Shown: positions 26,290-38,700 of the stretch, in pieces
How positions within the stretch are numbered: the first letter of the stretch is position 1
How the letters are laid out: the number at the start of each line of letters is the position of its first letter
NCBI GenBank assembly: GCA_904063045.1
Contig: CAJFCJ010000016.1
Location: forward strand, 806,001-870,000
DNA length: 64,000 nucleotides
Source of the DNA: Dimorphilus gyrociliatus
Lineage: Eukaryota; Animalia; Annelida
Direction: 5' to 3'
Notes under the pieces: model-generated
Told to the model about the DNA's origin: nothing
What the model saw: the letters and a program-made list of their open reading frames with translations, nothing else
Database searches by the model: none
Translations under genes and position numbers: made by a program

Positions 26290-27487
26290 TAGAAATGCAA
26301 ACTTTATATATATACTGTATATATAAAGTACTTGAACACTATATTCCTTTTGAAGGATGGAGTGGGTTTAAACGAATGGAATACTGTTGAAATTGTTGAA
26401 TAAACGATTTTTTTTGTTCAATGGCGCATTTTCTCAATCGATTTATTTATAATTAGAGAAATAAAATGTTGCTTTTATACCTTAAATGAAATTGTGTGAT
26501 TGTTACCTAAAATAGCATCTCTTCTCTCTCTCTCTCTCTCTCCAGTCCCCACTCCCCTTCCTCCACCCTCCTATTTTTTTCCAACTATTTGATACTGGTG
26601 TTAATTTAATAATAAATCAATTATTTTATAAATAAAACGTACCGTAAACAATGATTTTATCTTTTCTAGTACGCTAACCAGTTATCGCATAGATCTATCT
26701 ATTCACTACTTGTTATATTCATTATTTATTTATTATTCTCATTTAAATTGATAAAATCTATATTATCGCTCATCTAAATGCATTATATTAACAATAACAA
26801 TATACACCAATTAAAACGATTACATAATAAAATACTCGGAATCGATTAAAAGAAGTATATTATTAATATCATTAATATTTCTATTAGTAATTTATTATTA
26901 AGAAGCGGCGTTTTTCTCCTTGTTAATTTGAGAGATTATTGAGATGTAAAGACAATGTTTAGTAATCAGCTGTTTCTAATATTAGCATTACTATTAATGC
27001 ATCGTTATTTCTTGCTTGTTATACATTTTTATATGAAAACGAGGTCTGTTGGACTGTCAATAATGCTCAGCTTGTAGGTATATTGATCAAGGTAAAATAC
27101 CGACTGAATACAGAATTCAAGCACAATTCATATCTTTTCGTAATGGTAAATTATCGCTCACAGGGAATATAGTCTTTTACTATTACTGATTTGTATAAAA
27201 TATTGATAAATATTATTTAAAATGATCTTTTATATAAGATACTAATGACGTAAACTTAAATATGGAATATGGGGTATTGGTTGAAAGTAGTACATTGGAA
27301 CAGGCTGGGGAGAAGATATATACTACCCTAGAATTACATATATAAATATATAAACGAAATACCTTTGTGCGTCCAGTGTCTGCGTTTGAATTGCGGTAGT
27401 TGGACGATATCACATACGCAATTCGAATATTTGCATATCTCTCTTCCTTAAATCGTAAAATTAAGAAAGGATAACCATAGAGAAAAG

Positions 27488-28931
27488 ATGTCGAATGACG
27501 ATTATAAATTTACTTTGGAAGCTAAATACTTGAAAAAGGCTAAAGATGAATTGAACGAAAATGATAGCGATAGAATGGCCGCTGTTGAAGCTTTGAGAAA
27601 ATGGTTAAATGAGCAAAAACATCTTAAACATCCAAGTGGTAGGAGTCTAATTTAAATCGAGATACATACTGTATTTCAATATTCATTGCATATTTTACCT
27701 ATTATATAGCATATGTTAATTAAGTGATTATTCTAATTATAATAAATAGAGACTGAACATCTCCTAAGAGTTCTCAGACATGCAAAATTCAGTCAGATCA
27801 AGGCAAGAGAAACTCTGGAAAACGTTGCCGAATTTGCAATGAAACATTCAGATACATTCCACGATCTCAATCTTGCAGATAAAACCTTTTTAGATATTAT
27901 TAAAACAGGGTAATTACAATAACGATATTAGTAATAAACAATAAATTACAGTACTAGTATCTATGCAAGCATTCTTATGCAAAATATTCCCCATTCAGTC
28001 AGATGCTCTATCTTCCTGGCTACGACGACGAAGGAAGAAAAGTCTGCGTCTACAGACTAAGTAAAGTTTAATTTATTTCATATTTTTAGAACGATAGATT
28101 TATTAAACGTTCCTTCTCACCCCCTCTGCATTTAGACGCCTATCCAATCGAAAAAGCTATGAAGGAAGTTGGTGTACAGAATATCATCAAGTCTTGGAAT
28201 GCCTCCATGATGTCTTTCTTTTACGACGAAATGATACAAATTAATGGACTAGTTTTCATTTTAGATATGACTGGTTTATCGTTATCAGTAATCTCAAAAA
28301 TGAGTGATCCTAAAATAAAGAAATACGAAAAGGATAGCATGGTAGACAATCAACCAATCAATAAAATCAATCTAATTCAATAGACTACTAACAATAACCT
28401 ATATATGTATTTTTCTCTTTTTATAGAAAGCTTTGGTTGGTAGAATGAAAGCTTTTCATTATTATAACGTTGGAACCCTTTTCGAAGCTTTTTTTGCTTT
28501 TTACAAGACCATTATGAAAAAGAAGCTTATCGATAGAGTAAATATCAAAAAAAATCCTCTGTATACAAATTGCATAACATCATTTTTCAATAGGTTAAAG
28601 TGCACGATTCATTGGAATCTTTATACACTCATGTACCTAAAAGAATGCTTCCGGTTGAATATTTACCAGACGATTATGATGGACCGTCGGCAGGCACAAT
28701 ACAAGATCTCATTGGTAATTAATTATTCCTTGAATATAATTATAGATAAATGAAATAACAATTAATTATTTAATTAATTAATTAGATGAGGAATTGCAAC
28801 GATTACAATCCGATGTTTGTAAGAATTTCGCAAAGTCCTACTTCAGTAAGGAAAAGTACATGTACGATGAAACTTTAAAAGAAAAATCAACTGAACCGAT
28901 TCAACACTTTCGAAAATTGAATGTTGATTAA
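27488..28931 (+). CDS. CRAL-TRIO lipid-binding protein, copy B, 7 exons
   Basis: Same exon structure as copy A; MSNDDYKFTLEAKYLKKAKDELNENDSDR..QINGLVFILDMTG..VPKRMLPVEYLP..QHFRKLNVD-stop. Confidence 0.92.
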
Positions 28932-29717
28932 AAGCATTTAGTCATTTTGTCTTGCAACCAGGTCACTAGGAATTTTTCGTTTATCTTCTCTAGTTAGTTT
29001 TTCTTTCTGCCACAGTTTATTATCATTAAAGTACACTGCATGCATTATTGCTATTATTACTATTATGCACAAAAAATTTACTATGGAAACGAGATTTTTT
29101 CTCTGTGTTTGGTGTGTTCAAAATATAGCAGAAAGGAAATTGCTTACCTTGTTATCAGTTTATTTAACAAACAACGAAGCATTTTTAGTCTTATTCTTTT
29201 CAATTTTTGAACAAATACAAAATAGCAAAAAAGTATTTAATCGTTTTCTATTACCGGTTTTCTATATTCAGAAGAAAGAACTAGGCCTCATCTCATCTCT
29301 TTCTCTCTGTCTCTCTCTCTCACTCTCTTCTATTAAAATCTATCCTTTATTATACAATAATCACATTTATAAGAGGCATTCTACCGATAGCTTAAACTAG
29401 AACATAGCGTAACCTAACCTTGATAAGGGCTTTGAATATTGATGTCGGATGATTTTAAACACTTCACCTTTGAAACATTTGACGCCAAACACATTCATAT
29501 ATACAATATACTGTAAAAAATAATATATATATACAGTATATATAATATCTCTCACGGTACTGGTTACATCTACCATAGATAGGCCAAATTACATAGAATT
29601 TGATAAGGTTTTTATCGGTAAAAAATGAGATAAGGGCTTATATGGTAATTATTATTGAAATTTAACTCTGTTCTGATTTACCGTTGAAACTGGAATAGAC
29701 TACTAATCTATCCGAAT

Positions 29718-31138
29718 ATGAACAGTCCACCAAACGAAGAATACGTTTGCACGTTAGATGGCAAATACCTAAAGAAGGCGAAAGATGAACTGAATGAAAA
29801 CGAATCCGATAGAAAGGCAGCCGTAGAAGCTTTGAGAGAATGGTTAATTAAACAAAAATACCTAAAATTTCATACAGGTTCTTGTTTGTCTGTCTGCTAT
29901 TCCTTACTTGTTTTACACGAAATTAACAAGTTAATTTTCTCTTAGACACTCCAAACCTTCTTAGAATATTGAGACATACGAAATTTAGTCAAATTAAGGC
30001 GAGGGAAACTATTGAATTGGTTGTTCAAACTGCGTTGAAAAATCCTGAAATATCGTTCAATTTGGATACTGCCGATGAAAAGTTTATTAGTTTCATTAAA
30101 CTTGGGTAATACGTTTAGTTTTCATATTTCATTTATATTCATTCGTTTTACTACTCCATTCTAGGCCATTGTTCTTTCTTCCGGGTCACGATGACTTTGG
30201 CCGAAAAGTTCTAGTTTACAAACAAAGTAATTACTTCATTAAACTTAATCAATAGGGCGTTTCTTTATTTGCATATCTATTTCTATTAAATTAGACGCTT
30301 ATCCTTTGGATGAATTAATGAAAAAGTATCCATTCCTTGATTTGATTAAGTATTGGAGGACATTTTTCTTATCTTACGTGAACGACGATATGTTTCAAGT
30401 TAACGGTCTTGTAATGATTATCGATATGACGGATTGTTCATTAAAAACAATGGCAAGCTTACGTAACCCTGACCTTATTAAATGGCAAAAAGAGAATCAG
30501 GTAGACGTCAGAAAGATGATAATATTGAATAAAACATTTACTTTCTCCATTCAAAACAGAACGTTCAAATAGCAAGATTGAAAAATTTTCATTATTATAA
30601 TATTGGAACATTTTTTGAGGCGCTTTTTTCAATTTATAAAACGTTCCTAAAGAAGAAGTTTATCGATAGGGTAAGGTTGAGTAACCGCAATATACAGTTG
30701 ATATACTGTATATATACAATATATATAGTATATACACAAACTAACAACACACATACATGCGAATATTATCCTCTTATTTAATTATTGTTTTGTTATTTTA
30801 TACGATCATTAGATTCGCGTTCACGATACTTTAGAATCAGTGTACGATAGCGTACCGAAAAGGATGCTACCGTTAGAGTACTTACCTGACGATTACAGTG
30901 GGCCATCTGGTGGTACTATTAAAGAAATTATAGGTAATCAATTATTTGTTGAATTTATTCAATTAATATACAAACTTTTCAATTGTGTATAGACGAGAAT
31001 ATTGAAAGATTGAAAAGTGAAAAATGCCGTACTAATTTATTAAAATATTCCGATAAAAGTAAATACTATTACGACAAAACGAAGAAGGAAAAAGATTCAA
31101 TACCCGTTCAACATTTTCGTAAATTGAATGTCGAATAA
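29718..31138 (+). CDS. CRAL-TRIO lipid-binding protein, copy C, 7 exons
   Basis: Same exon structure; MNSPPNEEYVCTLDGKYLKKAKDELNE..QVNGLVMIIDMTD..VPKRMLPLEYLP..QHFRKLNVE-stop. Confidence 0.92.
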
Positions 31139-32793
31139 TAGATAATAATACACAATATATACAAACGAAAATAATAATTAATAATTTCGATTGGTTTTAA
31201 TATTAAATATGAATTATTAATCGTTTATTTCATTGCTCTTTTAAGAGTTTAATTAAGAAAATATATCTATTATACGTCTTATCAATTATCTATTATCATA
31301 AAACGGAATTTGTTGAGTAGTATTGACGTTTTTAGGCAACGTTTATTTATGTTTGTATAAAAAGGAAGAAGAGATATTTAAAGAAATTAGGCTACGAATG
31401 TTAAAAAAAGCGGTAAAAAGTAATTAAATACAAGAGGAATACAAGTAAACTTTTCCCTGTTAGTTTATTTATCATTTATTCTTGTTGATAAAGCACTTTC
31501 TATTTTGTATTCAAAGGAAACATTTCATCTGCAAAACGTATGCTGCAGTTTTTGCAGATGTCGCTAACCCTGACAAGAATGCCACCTATTTGAATAAATA
31601 GTAACTAATTATATTATGCAGGCCTCTATCAAATTTAACCTTTCTGGTGCGTAAATATTTGGAGCAGATTAAATTATCAGATTGTATTACATTTTGTAGA
31701 AGAGGGGCTTCGAAAATATAAATATAAAAACACTTGCTTAGCCTGAGTCTACGTGCGAGAAATGGCAAAAGAAAATTCACTTAACTAAGTAATTCAATTC
31801 CTCAAGAAATATTAACTAACTATCCAACTTTTTTAAATAGCCTCTCCTTCATATTTGATTTATTCATCAGTATTATTTGGAATAAACATCACGTTTCTCT
31901 CCTTTCAGTCCTTTTTTCATCATTAATTTTTTTCCACTGCTTCCCCTCCTTCCTCGTGCACCCCCTTCTTTTACCTTATCTAAAATCGGTAATATCTTAT
32001 CAAAGTTCTCTTTTATTTTTTCTATGTTTTATGTTACAATTAGGATAAAAAAATTCAGATATTTCAGAACATATATATATAAACTGTATATACATATATT
32101 AGAGCAAGTTTCTTTATTCTCACAAGTTTTCTTTCAAATATGACACAATATCTTCATCTTTATTCAACATGTTTTCCTCCTCCACGCCTCCCTTCCCCTT
32201 TATTCTCTAATCTTTCCATTCTAATGTAATGATTAAGTAAAATGAAAAACAAATAGATTGACAATAAAATTAAGAGAAGGCGTTACTTTTTACTCTTTGG
32301 ATTATATTTTTTTTCGGTTTTTTTCTTTGATTTTTAAGCCAAAATCAAAATATTAAAAAAATATGAAATAAAATAGAAAATATATAAAAAAAAACACATT
32401 TCCTTTTCTTTGTTCTTTTAAAGAATAAAATCTAACAAAATATATCTGCATTCATTTAGCTTTCCTTCCCTGCCCCTCCTTCCCTTCCTTCCTCTCTCTC
32501 TCTCTCTCTCTCGCTCGCTCTCATTTCATTTTGTTCAAGTTTTTGAACAGAAAAAGATTAAAATATTTACAAAAAAAGTATAAAAACGTTCAACGTTTTC
32601 TGGGATTTTTCTTTATATTTTGTGAATTTTTTCCTTAATTTGTCTTTGTTTTTCCGCGCAGAGAAAAGAATTTGTTTAATAAAGATTTCAGATTTTTAAA
32701 AAAAATAGTAAAATTAAAAAAAATTCTTGATTAGTTAATTAATTAAAAAAAAAAAATAACCATAATAATTTCTTTTTAATTAATTAACTAATC

Positions 32794-35700
32794 CTATGAT
32801 ACAATACATTTTCTATGTTTTTTCTTCTTCGTAGGTCTTTGTGTAAAAGATTCAGATTGCACGTATGATATTTTTGGCCTGTAGGCAGAATAGTCAAATT
32901 CACTTTCGGATGAAGAGCAGGATGAACAATCGTCGGGTTCGGGCACATCAAATTTTACAGTTTTTCTCTCCGACAAATCAGGCATTGAAGAAAGTCTGGA
33001 AATTTGCATAAAATCCGATCGTCCTAGACTAGACGTTCTTTTTAGACGCATTTCCGATACGGAATGTTGCATAGCATTTTCCTGACTTATAATAAAATAG
33101 TCCTCAGCCCTTATCGGTGCAGAACAAGAGGAAGAGCAGTAAATGCCATCAGCGCGTCCGACAAAAGGCTTCCCCAAAAGGGAACATTTGCAGCTTTTAC
33201 ATCGGAAACATTCGGGCGTAGCGTGCCAATGGAATGTTCCGTATTTCATGTGACCTTGTTCTATAGCAATTGGACATCGGCAGGTTTCGCAGTGATCCGA
33301 GAATTTTATCTAAGGCGTATAAAGAAAATATAAGAGTAAATGGCATAAGAAAGAAGAAGAAAAGTAAATAGCAAGAAGATAGAAAAAAGGATTTAACACT
33401 AATGATGAACGCAATAAAGAGATTCATATGCGAGGCAGATGTTTCCAATCTCTTATCTTACCGAAATTCAAATCCGGCTACGGGGATATTTTCAAGTTTA
33501 CAGCAGCAATGAGTAACAAATGATTATTGGTAGCAGTATCAGGTAAATAAATACTGAACGTTATATATCTTTAGTTAGGTCTTAAGAAATCACGTTCTTA
33601 TTATAAATCAAGGGGAAAAACTAACAACTACCTGTTTTATCAGATCAATATTATTGTATATATAAAGTTTACTATATATATATATAGTAAAATTTATATA
33701 TATATATACTGTATATACTATACTGTATACAGATTTATAAGAAACATTGCCTCAATTCTAAAGGTTAATTCATCTTTCATCGTAGCTGAACTATGAAATA
33801 AATTATCATTTGACATACCTGAAAACAGGAGCAGCAATAAGGCGTTCCATCTTTCATTAGATAACGCTCTCCGCCGAGACATTTATCGCAATCATGACAG
33901 CAAAAATGTCTCATATGCCAACTCCGACCTTCTGCTTCGGTACATTCGTCAGCAAAAATTATCTCGTCGCATGCTGCGCAACGTGGTTTTAAAGTTTCGG
34001 CGTGATGACGACCGCAATATAAAGATCCACGCCAAAAGTAGATGAGATCAACCAGTAATTCGCCGCATACGCTACACGTAAAACAAGCGGGATGCCACAG
34101 GGCGTTTGGTCCGGCTCTTGATGTTACAACAGCCGAATCCCCTGGGGTAAAAGGTCGCCGACATTTATGGCAAGTTCCACTGACAACCGTTTGAACGTTG
34201 CCTCTCCCTAGAGCCTCTTTTTTCCTTCTTGAGCTAAATTGGCGTAGTTCTCTTTTTTCATCTTCACCCAATTCGTGGCAGTATCTGCATAATACAAACA
34301 TAAAACAGTATAAATCTAATGAATTTGTCCACTCTCAACAAAGTACTAACCGAACTTCATTATCGTGAGGGGGAAGTTGAAAGAGAAGTTGTTTAATCCT
34401 ATACTTTTCACCGACGCTATTAACATAAGGTATTTTATCGTCCGGTAAACAACTCATATACTTTTGAATTTGCGTAAGATTTAATCCAGCCGGTACCCAT
34501 GCGTACTCTTCGACAGCGCAACCCGAATCGTCGTCAGAATGATGACACGGAGGAATAATCTCATAAGTTTGATGAAGTCGAAGATGTTGTTGACAATGTC
34601 GGCAAATTTTCCTATAAAGAATTTATCGATATTGAACAACACTATACAACAAGTAATAAAATGAAAAAAAATCAATTAAACAATTATTTACATGTCCTAA
34701 TGCTTAAGCTAAGAGTCTCGAAAGCTAAAGATAGCGGTTTCCTCATACATTTCAAAGCCTCTAATCCTCTCCTCGTACGGTCTACGTAAATAAAGGTGGG
34801 GCATCTTTACTAATTAAAATAGTCATCCTAATAAAAGACTACTTTGTAGTAAGGACCAACGGAAAGAGAGAGAGAGAGAGAGAGAAAGAGACGGAGAGTA
34901 AAAAAATTGTTAAAGGTGAAAGGGTTAACAAATAAAATAGAGATAGTTGAAGAAAAAATAGATAAGGCCTTTCGGAATTTTATATTTTTTCCACTTTACG
35001 ACTACTTTTACGGTAGAATTAAGGCTATAAAAAGAAACTTTGGCTATTTCTATAGTATGAAAGCAAAGTTGAATAAGGAAATTTTAACGGCAATTTATTA
35101 TAAAGGACATTTATAAATTGACTGATTTAGTATTCCTCTTTGCTGAACTATTTAGTTATAAGTCAATTTTCAATGACAATCTACTAAGTGGCGAAAAAAG
35201 ACGGAACAGCTTTTTTTTAAAAAGGTAACGGGAGAACGAGATAAATAGAGAAAGAGATTAGGCAAAATACAAGTAAAGGCAGATAGGGAACTTTTAGATA
35301 TAGGTGTCAGCACTAGTAGAAAGCGTTTATTAAAAAGACGGTATATTCAAAATTAAATCGCGTATAAACAAGATACTCTGCACAAATTTGTTGGTTGACA
35401 TATATGTCAAAACTATTCATAAATATCATTATTGCTGTTATTTATAGTATTTAAGAGCAATAAATCAACCTTATCGTATTTCTGAGCTTTTGATGTTAAA
35501 AAATCATAGCGTCAGCTGATAAGGCCTGTATGCCCAAACTACTATAGCACCTCGGGCTGTTTAAAAGGTAGTAAAACGAGAAAAAAAATGGGAGGGGACG
35601 GGGTAAGCGAGAGAGCAGTAGGGTATGGGATAGGGGGGCCAAAAAGTGGGAGGGAAAGGGGAGGGTAAAAAGAAGTCACATGACTATGGAAGATAAAGGA

Positions 35701-38700
35701 TTTTTGTAAATGTCCCAATAACTAGCATTCTTCTGAATGGTTGTATTAATTCTCAATAGGATTAGATTAAAATTCTTCATATACACAAAAGTTAGCTAAA
35801 ATAGAAATAATAGAAAGATATATAAATGCATGAAAAAGGAAAGACATTAATAATAAATTAAGAGGCGAAAGAGAAAGAAAGAAAGAAGGAAAGAAAGAAA
35901 GAATGAATGAATGAATGAATGAATGAATGCTTCTTAAATCGTAAGAGGATTCTGTAAAATCCCTAAGACAAAAAGATTCTTTAGGCATTTAGATAATTTT
36001 AGACCTAAAGAAAAGGAAAATCCTACTTGGTTTATGGTTTAAGTTAGCATGTATAAAGAGGGGAGAAAAGAACGTTGAAATGCTAGTGATTAACTGTCAA
36101 CTTAGTTTTCCTATTTCGTATTTCAAATTATTTATTTTTACCTTTTTATTCCCTTTTGGATAAAAGGGAAAAAATCTCAATGTAATCACGTGATTTGAAA
36201 AGGAAAGGGAGCAGATGTGTAAATTTCTAGGTCAAATGTCGTATTATGACACCCTGGGCGCTTTGTAGATCGTATGTCAAAAAACGACCGCATAACCCGA
36301 TTATTAATTCGTAAAAGCATAATTTTTGACTTTGTTTTTGCGGTAAAATGAATTATTAAACAATATGGAAGAAAGAGGGGTGGAGGGAGGCGGAGGAGAG
36401 GAAAATGGTTAAATAGTATGTTTACAATAACATTTATAAATAATTCCTATTGTTTCTTCCTCAATAATAAAAACAACATAATATTTATTTATATATTAAT
36501 ACAAATATTACTAATTAGCCATTTTAATAATTCCCTCCTTTTAACTTGGTAAGACAATATACAAATCGGTCACGTGACTCATCGCTAATTTCTGGCAGAG
36601 AAAGACGAGCCAGAACCTGCTATTCATTTTAGATAGTCATTAATCACGGCTAATAGCCGAGCCAGTACGCGGCGGCGCTGTAAAAATTTGGCAGTTTTAT
36701 TGGGTAGTTTCAGCATACCGGCTGCACTGCGAAGAAAGAGAGCAGAGAAATCTTAGAACACGTGCAGCAAAACTGATAAAAAACAGGGGAATTTTTGCAG
36801 GTGTGGAAAATGTGCGGAATTTCTGGAGAACAAAACCAAATTTGCTATCACGCTTAGCCTATTATTTATTGGACACGGGTCAACAGAGGTCTATAGCTAT
36901 ATTGATAGCTAAAGACTGTATAGCATCATTGACATGATTTGTTTAATAAATTGCTTGATTAGTTGGCTTTTATAAAAAGAGACTTGCTCTTTTCCTCAAC
37001 AATTTTCTATCTCTTTACGTTTAAACTAAATAGTGAGAAAAGAAAATAAAAAAAGAGCTAAAGAAAACGTTCTAATTTAATGCAAATTCGAATAAAAAGA
37101 GTAAATAAACTACAACAGTTGGTTTCTTCTTTTAAAAAGAATGTTTTTTCAAACGTTCTTCTTCCTAAATGTTGAGATGCGAAAGAAATTCTCTTCGGCT
37201 AAGACAACACACTTAAAGGTGAATTGAAAAAATCTTCACAGGTGTTTCTCCTAAACTATGAAAGGCTAGCACGCTCCTTTAATACCCCATACGCCGTCGT
37301 TCGCTCTTGCCCCCTATCCCCCCACCGCCCGCCCCCCTTTTTTTTACCCCCCTCTTTCCTTCCTGCTTGCTTGCTTGCCTGCCTGCCTGCCGGCCGACTT
37401 GCACCTTAAACAAGCCTACTTTTTCTTTCTTATAACAACGTTTCCTAGATAGCAATATTATAAACAGTGTCCAACAAGGCAAAAAACATTCCCTCATCAG
37501 CTTTGAGAAATGTCTCATTTCGCGACGTTCCCTCGAGATGCCGTTCGCTAGACGCCCGATTTAATCAGCTGACGCTTTAGACGTCTTAATCCGACATTAA
37601 TACGGCTCGTGTTAGAAAGAATTTTGTAATCCGTTGTAATACGATTAAAACTAGGCTCTTTTCTATCAGTTTTTCTCTTTAATTTTTGTTTTGACTATAA
37701 TAGAAATCCCTTCCCTTCCAATGAACATTCAAGATGAAAAGTTCCAGCTGTGTTGTATAAAAAAAAAGAAAAGATCTGCCATCTTGCTATCTGATCTGAT
37801 CATCTAAATCTTGGTACTTAATCATCAATTCATACTGATTTCCAACCAACTGAATAATATTAATAATAGGAATAGAATGAAGAATAAAATTACGAGTATA
37901 GTGAGTAAAAGGAGATAGATAGATAGATTTCCCTTTGGCTTATATTACTGGATAGATTTCTAGCCCTAAGCGATTAATATTCATATAGTGTAGATCAAGT
38001 ATTAAATATATTCCAAAGCGTTCAGCCGTTTCGGTTAGGTATCGATAAATCGAGTATCTAAGAAGATTAGAAAATATACACTATTGTATAAGCCTATCCA
38101 ATTTCACAATAGAATGAATAGATATAAAACAAGTTAAAGTGGTTTAGTACAATTGCAAAGTAATAGTATAAATAAAAATTGACAATCGGCTTTATCTTCA
38201 GCCAGCTTTTTTTTTTATTATTTCTTTTAGAAAATAATCTTTTCATCGTCTATTAATATCTTAATAAGACATTCTTAACATGTCGTATAAACATACCAAA
38301 AGTTAGATTTACAGTCGAGTTAATTAACATAATCACATCTCGCTAATACCGTAATGTAATATAATACTTTATATAAACGTTTTGTTTAACTTATCTTAAC
38401 TCGAATTTTTTTCTTTTACAAGATTAAAACAACAAAGGAATACTACTATTACTATTAATACTATAATAACAAAAAAATACTACTATTACTACTACTAGAA
38501 CAACTTGGCAAATAGCAAGCTGAACCGTTGCCCGTTTCTCTTGAAATTATTCAATTAATACTTTCTAGTAAATAACAATTTTATTCAAGTCTTTATCTAT
38601 ATTAAACATATATATATATTGAATAAAGTATAAATTTGGTATTATTATGTCTGTAAATAGACTTTCTTTTCTATTTCTACGATTTTCCATTCACCGCGTA

